Source: an uncultured Pseudobdellovibrionaceae bacterium
Lineage (GTDB): Bacteria > Bdellovibrionota > Bdellovibrionia > Bdellovibrionales > JAGQZY01
DNA length: 64,000 nucleotides
Assembly (NCBI GenBank): GCA_964351315.1
Contig: CAYGNH010000008.1
Location: 84,180 to 148,179, forward strand
Direction of reading: 5' to 3'
The notes under the pieces are model-generated. The model ran no database searches. It was not told where the DNA came from and saw nothing but the letters and a program-made list of their open reading frames with translations. Positions within the stretch are counted from its first letter, which is position 1; each line of letters opens with the position of its first letter. Positions 47,139 through 56,151 of this stretch are shown here, one piece after another. The position numbers and the translations under genes were made by a program.

Positions 47139-47273
47139 ATTTCTCTTTTACCAAATATAAGTGTCTTAGTATGGGGAGCTTAATTGACAAGCTACCTTAA
47201 TGACTCGGTATTTGTTGTTTGATTCCGTTCATTCCTGCATAATGGAATCAGGGTTAACCCAAGGAGAAAGTCG

Positions 47274-49355
47274 ATGGAGAATAATTCAAATATTTCACTC
47301 AAAGGTATACTGAATGACTGGGGAGAAGAATCAACCTTCGCAGAACGCAATTGGGTTGGAACGTTTGATGAGTACATTCAGTTAGTGAAAGACAATCCGC
47401 GAGTCACCCGAAACGCATTCCAACGCATGTATGACATGATTATTGGCTACGGAAGTGACGAGTACATTGACTGTAAAAAGAAAATCACTCGCTACAAATT
47501 TTTTGATGATGCTGAAAACGCCGGGCAAGACGGAGTTTTTGGCCTCGACATCTCACTTATGAAGCTCGTTAATGTCTTGCGGTCAGCGGCTCTCGGCTAC
47601 GGAACGGAGAAACGGGTGATCCTGTTACACGGTCCTGTCGGAAGTGCCAAATCGACGATCTGCCGGCGGCTTAAAAAAGGCCTAGAGCTCTATTCGAAAA
47701 CACCAGAGGGTGCGCTTTACACTTTCGAGTGGGTCGATCCTGATGGTGTTCTTGATGGACTTCTCGGCAAAGATGTTAAAGTTTTTCCCAGTCCAATGCA
47801 TGAAGAGCCCCTATTACTTATTCCAAAAGAATTGCGCGGTAAGATTGAAGAGACACTGAATAAAGGTGCGCAAGATGACTTCCGGGTCAACATACAAGGT
47901 GAGCTCTCTCCTCCCTCACGATTTATTTTTAAATGTTTGATGGAGAAATATGGTGGTGAGTTAGAAAAAGTTTTGGGCCATATTCGGGTGAAGAGAATGA
48001 TCCTAAGTGAGGCTGACCGTATTGGTATCGGTACCTTTCAACCGAAGGATGAAAAAAACCAAGACAGTACCGAGTTGACTGGGGATATCAATTATCGAAA
48101 GATTGCTGAATATGGTTCCGAGTCTGACCCCCGTGCCTTTAATTTTGATGGTGAGTTCAACATCGCCAACCGAGGCGTTATTGAATTTGTTGAGGTTCTT
48201 AAGCTTGATGTGGCTTTTCTTTACGATTTGTTAGGAGCCTCGCAAGAGCACTTGGTGAAGCCTAAAAAATTCGCTCAAACTTTTATTGATGAAGTGATCA
48301 TTGGGCATACCAACGAACCCGAGTACCGTCGCCTTCAGAACAACGAATTCATGGAAGCCCTTCGGGATCGGACTGTAAAAATTGATATCCCCTATATTAC
48401 AAAACTGGATGAGGAAATTAAAATTTACGAAAAGGATTTTAATAAAAAGAAAATTCGAGGCGTCAGTATTGCTCCCCACACTACCAAGGTGGCAGCGATG
48501 TGGTCGATTTTAACAAGGCTAGAGAAGCCTAAAAAAGCGAACCTCACCCGCCTTCAAAAGATGAAGTTATACAACGGCAAAACTCTTCCAAATTATACAG
48601 AAGACAATATTAAGGAGCTGCGTAAAGAAACAACACGCGAGGGACTTGATGGCGTTTCACCCCGTTACATTCAGGACAAGATTTCTAATGCATTGATCCA
48701 AGCACAGCAAAATCGTGGTTCGGTCAATCCCTTTATGGTTCTGAATGAGTTAGAGTCTGGACTAAAACATCATTCACTTCTATCAAATGAGGATAAAAAA
48801 TCTGAATACAAAGAGCTGATTGATGTGGTTCGTAAAGAGTATGAGGAAATCATTAAGTCTGAGGTGCAGAGAGCAATTAGTGCCGATGACAGTTCGCTTT
48901 CTCGATTGTGTTCTAACTACATTGATAACGTGAAGGCTTACACGCAAAAGGAAAAAGTGAGAAATCCTTTTACCGGGCAAGACGAAGAGCCAAATGAAAG
49001 ATTAATGCGATCTATCGAAGCCAAAATTGATATCCCAGAGTCTCGTAAGGATGACTTTCGAAGAGAAATTATGAACTATATCGGCGCTCTTTCGCTGGAA
49101 GGAAAGTCTTTTGACTACCGAATGAACGAGCGCTTGCATAAAGCCCTCGAGCTCAAATTGTTCGAGGACCAGAAAGATAGCATTAAACTGACATCACTCG
49201 TGACCTCCGAGGCTGACAAGGCCACCCAAGAGAAAATCGATATTGTTAAATCTCGATTGATCAAGGATTTCGGGTATGACGAGATTTCGGCGACAGATGT
49301 GCTTCAATACGTGGCCAGTATTTTTGCTCGTGGAGACGTCAAGGAAAGTCAATAG
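47274..49355 (+). CDS. prkA: PrkA family serine protein kinase (AAA+ N-domain)
   Basis: AAGGAG RBS. '[13 protein letters not shown]' is the Walker A, followed by '[12 protein letters not shown]' and '[10 protein letters not shown]', typical of PrkA/YeaG. Confidence 0.9.
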   Translation: MENNSNISLKGILNDWGEESTFAERNWVGTFDEYIQLVKDNPRVTRNAFQRMYDMIIGYGSDEYIDCKKKITRYKFFDDAENAGQDGVFGLDISLMKLVNVLRSAALGYGTEKRVILLHGPVGSAKSTICRRLKKGLELYSKTPEGALYTFEWVDPDGVLDGLLGKDVKVFPSPMHEEPLLLIPKELRGKIEETLNKGAQDDFRVNIQGELSPPSRFIFKCLMEKYGGELEKVLGHIRVKRMILSEADRIGIGTFQPKDEKNQDSTELTGDINYRKIAEYGSESDPRAFNFDGEFNIANRGVIEFVEVLKLDVAFLYDLLGASQEHLVKPKKFAQTFIDEVIIGHTNEPEYRRLQNNEFMEALRDRTVKIDIPYITKLDEEIKIYEKDFNKKKIRGVSIAPHTTKVAAMWSILTRLEKPKKANLTRLQKMKLYNGKTLPNYTEDNIKELRKETTREGLDGVSPRYIQDKISNALIQAQQNRGSVNPFMVLNELESGLKHHSLLSNEDKKSEYKELIDVVRKEYEEIIKSEVQRAISADDSSLSRLCSNYIDNVKAYTQKEKVRNPFTGQDEEPNERLMRSIEAKIDIPESRKDDFRREIMNYIGALSLEGKSFDYRMNERLHKALELKLFEDQKDSIKLTSLVTSEADKATQEKIDIVKSRLIKDFGYDEISATDVLQYVASIFARGDVKESQ

Positions 49356-49361
49356 TAAGCG

Positions 49362-50465
49362 ATGTCGATAAGAAAGGATCAAAACCGCTTTAGAGATATC
49401 GTACGTGGCAAGATAAAAGAGAACTTTAAAGACTATGTCACTCACGGTGAAATGATAGGAAAAAGGGAGAATGACTATGTCAAAATCCCCGTTCCTTACA
49501 TTGATATTCCACGTTTTAAATATGGCCCTAAGCAAAAGGGGGGCGTTGGCCAGGGCGAGGGAAAGCCGGGTGATCCCGTTGATGGTCAAGGCAAGGAAAA
49601 AAAGCCGGGGCAAGGGAAAGCGGGAAATGATGCCGGAGAACATCAAATTGAAGTTGATATCACCTTTGAAGAACTCGCCGACATATTGGGCGAAGAGCTT
49701 GAGTTGCCAAGGATCGAACCCAAGGGTTCAAAGATTGCGGCGGATCGAAACCGTTATTCAGGTTTGGCTCCTGTGGGCCCTGAGGGCTTGAGGCATTTCA
49801 AGTCCTCTTACAAAAGAGCTTTGAAGCGTTATATATCAAGTGGAATGTATGACCCTGAAGATCCGGTCATTATCCCCATTCGTGGCGATTATCGTTACCG
49901 CTCGACCAAACTCACTACCAAGCCTCAGGCCAATGCAGTAGTGATATACATCATGGATGTTTCTGGCTCGATGGGAAATGAACAAAAAGAAATCGTTCGA
50001 CTGGAAAGCTTTTGGATCAATGCCTGGCTAAAAAAACATTATAAAGGATTAGAAGCTCGCTTTATTATTCACGATGCGACGGCTCGTGAAGTGGATGAGG
50101 AGACTTTTTTTCGTACCAGTGAGTCGGGAGGAACCCTTATCAGTTCCGCCTACAAATTGTGTCGAGAGATTATCCAGCGGGACTATCCGCCCAATGAATG
50201 GAATATCTACCCCTTCCACTTCAGTGATGGAGACAATTGGTCTGGTGATGACACACGGTTATGTATGAAGATTTTAAGAGATAGCCTTATTCCAGATTGT
50301 AATTTCTTTGGCTACGGGCAGGTCGAAAGTAAATATGGAAGCGGTCAGTTTTTTAAAGATCTAGAAAAAGAATTTCCCAGTGAAGATAAAATGGTTTTGA
50401 GCAAAGTTAAAAACAAAGATGCCATATTGACATCAATTAAAGAGTTTCTAGGGAAAGGTCGTTGA
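49362..50465 (+). CDS. yeaH: YeaH/YhbH family protein (DUF444, vWA-like)
   Basis: '[17 protein letters not shown]', a Gly/Lys-rich loop, and '[13 protein letters not shown]' (MIDAS-like DxSxS). It lies downstream of prkA. Confidence 0.85.
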   Translation: MSIRKDQNRFRDIVRGKIKENFKDYVTHGEMIGKRENDYVKIPVPYIDIPRFKYGPKQKGGVGQGEGKPGDPVDGQGKEKKPGQGKAGNDAGEHQIEVDITFEELADILGEELELPRIEPKGSKIAADRNRYSGLAPVGPEGLRHFKSSYKRALKRYISSGMYDPEDPVIIPIRGDYRYRSTKLTTKPQANAVVIYIMDVSGSMGNEQKEIVRLESFWINAWLKKHYKGLEARFIIHDATAREVDEETFFRTSESGGTLISSAYKLCREIIQRDYPPNEWNIYPFHFSDGDNWSGDDTRLCMKILRDSLIPDCNFFGYGQVESKYGSGQFFKDLEKEFPSEDKMVLSKVKNKDAILTSIKEFLGKGR

Positions 50466-51967
50466 TGGGTAAGCTGCCACACGAGTTAGAGGAAGAGCGA
50501 AAAAGAATTTGGGATCTGGCCTGCGCAGTTGGCCTTGATTGCTATGAGACTATTTTTGAAATGGTAACTTATGACCAAATGAATCAATTCGCCGCTTATG
50601 GTGGCTTTCCGGTGCGCTATCCGCATTGGAAGTTCGGTATGGAATACGACAAATTATCTAAGTCCTACGAATATGGACTCTCAAAAATCTACGAAATGGT
50701 TATTAACAATAATCCCTGCTACGCCTATTTGATGGAGGGAAACCGTACCGTCGATCAAAAATTGGTGATGGCCCACGTTTATGGGCATTGCGACTTTTTT
50801 AAAAACAACAAATGGTTTGAGCCAACTGATAGAAAAATGATGGATACGATGGCCAACCATGCCACTCGCATCCGTCGCTATATGGACCGATATGGCGTTG
50901 ACGAGGTCGAGTCCTTTATCGATGTGTGCTTGAGTATTGAAAACCTTATCGATCGACACGCGCCCTATCGTCCCCATGGAAGCGATAAGAAAAAAGAAAA
51001 GCAAGATCAGACCCGTAAAGCCCTTCTAAAGTTTGACCGTGAATATATGGATGAATACGTCAATCCTGAACACCGACAACAGTTCGAGAAAAAGGAAGAA
51101 GACAATCCGATGGCAAAAGTTCCTGAAAAGCCAGAGCGGGACGTTTTGTTGTTCCTCATGCATCACGCACCTCTTAAGCATTGGCAGCAAGATGTTTTGT
51201 CAATTATTCGCAACGAATCTTACTACTTTGCGCCTCAAGGAATGACTAAAATCATGAATGAGGGGTGGGCCTCATACTGGCACTCGAAATTGATGACTGA
51301 GTCGATCATGAATGACTCTGAGGTTGTTGACTATGCCGACGCCTGTGCTGGCACCCTAGCGATGTCGCCGACGGGGTTTAATCCCTATAAGGTGGGGATC
51401 GAATTGTTCCGAGATATAGAAGACCGCTGGAATCGAGGACGTTTCGGTAAAGAGTGGGCTGAATGTGAGGACATCGCCGAGAAAAAAGCCTGGGACACCC
51501 ATGCCGGGCTAGGAAGAGAAAAGATCTTTGAAGTTCGTCGTGACTACAATGACGTCACCTTTATCGATGAGTTTTTGACAGAAGATTTCTGCGTGCGCAA
51601 TAAGATGTTTGTTTACAAATTTAATCAAAGGTCTGGACGTTATGAAATGGACACAAGGCAGTTTCCAGCCGTGAAAGCTCAACTATTGTTTCAGTTGACC
51701 AACTTCGGACAACCCATCATCCATGTTGAAAATGCCAACTTCAATAATCGCGGAGAACTCTTGTTGACTCATCTTTATGAAGGGGTTGAGATTCAATACA
51801 ACTACGCTCAAGAAACTTTAAAAAACTTGGCAGCCCTGTGGAGGCGGCCGGTCAACTTAGTGACTGTAATTGATGAAAAACCAAAACTTCTTCAGCATGA
51901 TGGTAAAGAAATGAGAGTCGTTGATGTTTTGACTGAACCTAAAAAACAAGATCAGTCTGCAGATTAA
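50462..51967 (+). CDS. spoVR: SpoVR/YcgB family protein
   Basis: '[17 protein letters not shown]', '[18 protein letters not shown]', '[15 protein letters not shown]' and 'NEGWASYWH'. It has a 4-nt overlap with yeaH. Confidence 0.9.
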   Translation: MMGKLPHELEEERKRIWDLACAVGLDCYETIFEMVTYDQMNQFAAYGGFPVRYPHWKFGMEYDKLSKSYEYGLSKIYEMVINNNPCYAYLMEGNRTVDQKLVMAHVYGHCDFFKNNKWFEPTDRKMMDTMANHATRIRRYMDRYGVDEVESFIDVCLSIENLIDRHAPYRPHGSDKKKEKQDQTRKALLKFDREYMDEYVNPEHRQQFEKKEEDNPMAKVPEKPERDVLLFLMHHAPLKHWQQDVLSIIRNESYYFAPQGMTKIMNEGWASYWHSKLMTESIMNDSEVVDYADACAGTLAMSPTGFNPYKVGIELFRDIEDRWNRGRFGKEWAECEDIAEKKAWDTHAGLGREKIFEVRRDYNDVTFIDEFLTEDFCVRNKMFVYKFNQRSGRYEMDTRQFPAVKAQLLFQLTNFGQPIIHVENANFNNRGELLLTHLYEGVEIQYNYAQETLKNLAALWRRPVNLVTVIDEKPKLLQHDGKEMRVVDVLTEPKKQDQSAD

Positions 51968-52166
51968 TTGAATCGTCTTAATTTGATACGTAAATTTCTT
52001 AGTCTAGTGTTGGAACCTGAACAGTCTAGCCCGCAGTAAAGTAGCCGAGAGCTGATCCAAGACTCCCTTTAATCACCGCCACCCATGCTTTCTCAAGTTG
52101 AGACAAGATTATGGATGATCGGTACAGAGATTGCAGGATATAGTATAGATGAGAGGGATATCGGTC

Positions 52167-52934
52167 ATGGGAAAGTATCTGATAGGGCTAATTTCTGTTT
52201 TTACGGTCATTGTCTTGATGTTTCAAAATTGTGGAAACGATGCCAGTTTCAATCAAGATGTTGGGGGGAGCAGTCTCGCAATCAATGGTGATCTTGGTAC
52301 TGGAAATGAGCAAGAAGACATTGGGGTCATCGATGAAGTCTGCAACACTTTACCTAGAAAAAACCAGATAGTGAACGTACAGTTCCCTAAACCAGAGCAG
52401 ACATGTGACTGGGAACAAAATGGAAACATGAGTACTCGCGACGCCTTTTTTAGAGCCCGCATTGAGCAAAAAAGAAACCTGGGGTTACCGGTAGGCGCAG
52501 TGATTTGTGATGCCTCGTTTGACTTTCATCCACAGCCCTTTCGCTATGATGATTACTTTGCGTTGATGTTCAACAACCATATCATCACCTCGGGCTATGA
52601 TTTTCGGGATAACCTGCAGCCTAAAAATTTTGGATTATTGTCCTATGACTGGATGAAAATTCGAGGGATTAACATGAGTTTTGGAAGTGCTAAAGAACAA
52701 GTTTTCTGCCCTCAAATCCCCGGCGCCACGGCGACCTGTTCTTTTCCGAGGCACGACACCCAGGGAACAATCAACCTGAGCTTGGATTCCAAATACATTC
52801 GGGCTGTTATGTCAAATGGGGTTCCGAATGACCATTCTTTTACCTTGGTCACTTTTGGAGATAACGATCAATTTGACTGTGAACACTCGGACGTGGAATT
52901 TGATGTTAACGTTACTTATGTTTTGTCTGAGTAG
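52167..52934 (+). CDS. Hypothetical lipoprotein
   Basis: ATG after GAGGGA. Signal 'MGKYLIGLISVFTVIVLMFQNC' has an FQNC lipobox-like motif. Four further Cys. No known motif. Confidence 0.5.
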   Translation: MGKYLIGLISVFTVIVLMFQNCGNDASFNQDVGGSSLAINGDLGTGNEQEDIGVIDEVCNTLPRKNQIVNVQFPKPEQTCDWEQNGNMSTRDAFFRARIEQKRNLGLPVGAVICDASFDFHPQPFRYDDYFALMFNNHIITSGYDFRDNLQPKNFGLLSYDWMKIRGINMSFGSAKEQVFCPQIPGATATCSFPRHDTQGTINLSLDSKYIRAVMSNGVPNDHSFTLVTFGDNDQFDCEHSDVEFDVNVTYVLSE

Positions 52935-52966
52935 AGAGGTCTCTATAAAACAAGTCATTAAAAAAA

Positions 52967-52988
52967 AGAGCCCAGGTGGGCTCTTTTT
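52967..52988. terminator. Bidirectional rho-independent terminator
   Basis: Stem AGAGCCC / GGGCTCT (52967-52973 / 52978-52984), loop AGGT, A8 upstream and T5 downstream. It lies between a convergent hypothetical gene and glnA. Confidence 0.8.
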
Positions 52989-53014
52989 GATTTTAAGACT
53001 GTTTTCCTAAAAAA

Positions 53015-54427
53015 CTACATATCGTAGTAAAGAAAAAATTCGTAGGGGACGGGACGCTGTTGCATCGGTAGAATCTCTCTTGTTGTTTTGTAAGAAATCC
53101 AGTTGTTGATAAAGTCCTCAGTAAAAACTTCTCCACGCAATAAAAAGTCATGGTTGTTGGTAATCGTGTTTAAAGACTCATTGAGTGAAGCAGGGACCGA
53201 TGGGACCTTTGCCGCCTCTTCTGGAGGTAAACCGTAAATGTCTTTATCCAGGGGGTCGCCAGGGTGAATTTTATTCTGAATTCCATCGATTCCGGCCATG
53301 ATCAAGGCTGCGAAAGCCAAATAGGGGTTGGCAGTGGCATCGGGAGTCCGGAATTCAATGCGCTTGGCGGCTGGATTGTCACCGGAATTGGGGATACGGA
53401 TCGCAGCGGACCGATTTTTAAAGCTGTAAGCCAGTTTAACCGGAGCTTCAAAACCAGGGACCAATCTTTTGTAAGAGTTAGTTGTTGGATTGGTGAAGGC
53501 ACACAAGCTGGGCGCGTGTTTCAAGATCCCGCCGATAAAGTAGAGGGCCATTTCAGAAAGGCCGGCATATTCATTTCCTGCAAAGAGAGGTTTGCCATCT
53601 TTCCAAAGAGACATGTGAACGTGCATACCCGATCCATTGTCTTCAAAAATAGGTTTGGGCATAAAAGTGGCTGTTTTGCCGTGGGCGCGAGCCGTGTTTT
53701 TTACGATGTATTTGAACCATTGCAGGTCATCAGCGGCTTGAATCAGATGTCCAAATTTGTAATTGATTTCGCCCTGTCCAGCAGAAGCCACTTCATGGTG
53801 GTGGCGCTCAACAGGTATGCCAGCGTCTTCAAGACGCATACAAATTTCGGTCCGGATATCATGAAGGGTGTCAGTGGGCATGGCCGGAAAGTAACCCTCT
53901 TTATGACGTGGCTTGTAGCCCAGGTTGGAGTTTTCATCGCGGCCGCTGTTCCACTGCCCTTCGGATGAGTCGACCTGATAAAAACCAAGATTAGCGTCTT
54001 GTTGGTATCGGATATCATCGAAGATAAAAAATTCCGCTTCAGGGCCAAAAAAGGCTTCGTCAGCAATACCCGTTGATGCCAAGTAGTTCAGCGCTTTTTT
54101 TGCCAACTGTCTTGGGTCCCGATCGTATGGGATGTTCGTCTCAGGCATGACGATGTCGCAGATAAAACTCACGGTTGGAATTTGAGTGAAGGGGTCCATC
54201 TTGACCGAGGCTGGGTCGGGCATAATCACCATGTCGGATTCATTGATATTGCGCCAGCCGCGAATTGAACTCCCATCAAATCCGAGTCCTTCTTCAAAAA
54301 CAGAGGTCTTAAGCTGACCAATGGGAATCGTTAGATGCTGCCAAGTTCCTAAAAGATCGGTGAATTTTAGGTCGACCATTTTTGCGCCATATTTATGGGC
54401 GTAATCAATCGCTTCTTGCGGGTTCAT
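53015..54427 (-). CDS. glnA: Glutamine synthetase type I
   Basis: 470 aa. 'GFDGSSI', '[13 protein letters not shown]', '[17 protein letters not shown]', '[13 protein letters not shown]' and 'SAAIRIP'. An adenylylation-site-like '[10 protein letters not shown]' is present. Confidence 0.97.
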   Translation of the reverse strand: MNPQEAIDYAHKYGAKMVDLKFTDLLGTWQHLTIPIGQLKTSVFEEGLGFDGSSIRGWRNINESDMVIMPDPASVKMDPFTQIPTVSFICDIVMPETNIPYDRDPRQLAKKALNYLASTGIADEAFFGPEAEFFIFDDIRYQQDANLGFYQVDSSEGQWNSGRDENSNLGYKPRHKEGYFPAMPTDTLHDIRTEICMRLEDAGIPVERHHHEVASAGQGEINYKFGHLIQAADDLQWFKYIVKNTARAHGKTATFMPKPIFEDNGSGMHVHMSLWKDGKPLFAGNEYAGLSEMALYFIGGILKHAPSLCAFTNPTTNSYKRLVPGFEAPVKLAYSFKNRSAAIRIPNSGDNPAAKRIEFRTPDATANPYLAFAALIMAGIDGIQNKIHPGDPLDKDIYGLPPEEAAKVPSVPASLNESLNTITNNHDFLLRGEVFTEDFINNWISYKTTREILPMQQRPVPYEFFLYYDM

Positions 54428-54454
54428 AGCGTGTGCTCCTTCAAGTTAAATAAT

Positions 54455-54793
54455 TTACAAAGCCGATTCGTCAGTATCGCCGGTTCGGATTCTCACTGCT
54501 TGTTCAATCGTCGATACAAAAATTTTGCCATCTCCGACTTTGCCGGTTCGAGCGGAACGTTGAATGGCTTCAACGGCCGATTCTGCAAGGGAGTCGGGGA
54601 TAGCAATTTCAAGTTTAATTTTGGGAAGAAAATCTACGATGTACTCAGCACCTTTATAAATTTCGGTGCGTCCCTTTTGGCGACCAAACCCTCTCACTTC
54701 AGAGATGGTTACCCCTTCAATGCCTAACTCAGTGAGTGAATCAATAACATCGTCGAGCTTGAAAGGTTTGATGATCGCTTCTACTTTTTTCAT
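54455..54793 (-). CDS. glnB: Nitrogen regulatory protein P-II
   Basis: 'MKKVEAIIKPFKLDDV', a T-loop 'GRQKGRTEIYKGAEY' with the uridylylation Tyr, and 'TGKVGDGKIFV'. The canonical N-terminus fixes the start at 54793, not the upstream TTG at 54832. Confidence 0.95.
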   Translation of the reverse strand: MKKVEAIIKPFKLDDVIDSLTELGIEGVTISEVRGFGRQKGRTEIYKGAEYIVDFLPKIKLEIAIPDSLAESAVEAIQRSARTGKVGDGKIFVSTIEQAVRIRTGDTDESAL

Positions 54794-54803
54794 CAATGGG
54801 AAC

Positions 54804-54832
54804 AAGCTATTCTTGTGCTGGCACTCTGTCAA
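54804..54832 (-). promoter_or_regulatory. Candidate sigma-70-type promoter for glnB-glnA
   Basis: On the - strand: TTGACA (54832-54827), 17-nt spacer, TAGCTT (54809-54804). Only 10 nt separate the -10 element from the glnB ATG, and no Shine-Dalgarno sequence is visible. Confidence 0.25.
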
Positions 54833-54983
54833 AGAAAAATGCAGGCGGGGTTGTTAAAAGTTGGCCATTCAGAAGGTTTCAGCCCCTGTCAAACACTGGT
54901 GCGCTGTCGTAGATTGTTGCCGAGGAAAACAAGTTTTGCTATACACCCTACCTCTTGTTTTGGGGTTCATATTAGGGAGTGCT

Positions 54984-55586
54984 ATGAAGTTTAAGTTTTT
55001 TGCTTTTGGATCATTTGCAGTGAACCAAGTCCACTACCCAAAAATCAAACAACTGATTCTTGTCGAGAAGCCGGCGTTTGTGAAAGGGTTGGTCTACCGC
55101 CTGCGTTGTGGTTATCCGGCTCTGATTCCTGGCCCGGTAGGAGACCTAATCTCCGGAACCCTTTGTGAGCTAGAGGTTCCCGAATCTTATGTGGCAATTT
55201 TGGACCAACTCATGCAGTTCGACCCTTCCCACCCTCAAAAGAGTCTTTTTCTCCGACAGTCGGTCGAAGTTCAGGTGGATAATTTCAGCCATGTTCGGGC
55301 TGAGACTTTTTGCTTGAACCCAAAGAAAAAAACAACAGCTCATAAAATTATTACAGGGGGGGATTGGCGTCGGGATATGCAAGAAGATCCTCCTGTAACC
55401 CAGTTCTTGAAAGACAGGCACAAAGCTTATATTCACAAGTTGGCTCGATTGAAAGGGAGGGATATTCTCCCCATTAAGCTTGATTTGTACCGAGAATTGA
55501 TGAATTTAGAAATGATTGTGGATAAAGGACGACGCTTGGCCTTAACCTCAAAGGGTAAAGAAGCCGCGCATTTTATGGAGCTATGA
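54984..55586 (+). CDS. Gamma-glutamylcyclotransferase (AIG2/GGACT)-like protein with C-terminal extension
   Basis: ATG after AGGGAG. 'MKFKFFAFGSF...VKGLVYRL..GYPALIPG..ISGTLCEL' fits the GGCT-like fold pattern. The C-terminal roughly 70 aa ('KGRRLALTSKGKEAAHF') looks winged-helix-like. Confidence 0.45.
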   Translation: MKFKFFAFGSFAVNQVHYPKIKQLILVEKPAFVKGLVYRLRCGYPALIPGPVGDLISGTLCELEVPESYVAILDQLMQFDPSHPQKSLFLRQSVEVQVDNFSHVRAETFCLNPKKKTTAHKIITGGDWRRDMQEDPPVTQFLKDRHKAYIHKLARLKGRDILPIKLDLYRELMNLEMIVDKGRRLALTSKGKEAAHFMEL

Positions 55587-56050
55587 CGGAACCCACCTTT
55601 AATATTGTTTTATTCCAACCAGAAATTCCCACCAACACTGGAAACATCGGTCGAGTCTGTGTGGCCGGCGGCTGTCATCTCCACCTGATTGGCCCTATGG
55701 GTTTTTCTATTGATGAAAAACAGGTGAGGCGGGCTGGTCTGGATTATTGGCCTCACTTAACCCACTTTTACTACTCCGATTATGACGAGTTTCTTGAAAA
55801 GCGCCCGGTTTTGGATCAGATCAGCTTTTTAACCACAAAAACCGACCAGATTATATATGACAAAACTTTTCGGCAGGGGGATTGGTTTATGTTTGGTCCA
55901 GAAACTAGAGGGCTTCCTGAAGATCTTTGGAGGTCCCGCGCCGCACAATCATACAAGATTCCCATGATTGGACCCACCCGAAGTCTAAACCTTGCCAATT
56001 CGGTCTCCATCATCACATTTGAAGGCTTGAGGCAACTTCGCCACCAATAA
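55583..56050 (+). CDS. trmL: tRNA (cytidine(34)/uridine-2'-O)-methyltransferase TrmL (SpoU family)
   Basis: 'IVLFQPEIPTNTGNIGR', 'LHLIGPMGFSIDEKQVRRAGLDYW', 'FMFGPETRGLP' and 'IPMIGPTRSLNLANSV'. Confidence 0.88.
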   Translation: MTEPTFNIVLFQPEIPTNTGNIGRVCVAGGCHLHLIGPMGFSIDEKQVRRAGLDYWPHLTHFYYSDYDEFLEKRPVLDQISFLTTKTDQIIYDKTFRQGDWFMFGPETRGLPEDLWRSRAAQSYKIPMIGPTRSLNLANSVSIITFEGLRQLRHQ

Positions 56051-56051
56051 A

Positions 56052-56080
56052 GGCTTTTCTCGGAATTTTAAGAGCCTTTT
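56052..56080 (+). terminator. Possible weak rho-independent terminator after trmL
   Basis: Stem GGCTTTT / AAGAGCC (7 bp including one G:U), 11-nt loop, then TTTT. Confidence 0.3.
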
Positions 56081-56151
56081 CGTGGGCGACAACTTAAAAA
56101 GGACTGAGAAATGATTGCGAATCTGGTGCAATCGGTTATCTTAGAGAAATT

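Noticed and set aside
53264-53968. 234-aa plus-strand ORF inside glnA, and similar long antisense ORFs (34488..34940 in the HAD gene, 49194..49646 across prkA/yeaH, 56821..57321 in secA, 42958..43296, 18524..18913)
   Set aside because: All lie fully antisense to genes with unmistakable conserved motifs. Their translations are low-information, with no recognisable domains. They are typical shadow ORFs.
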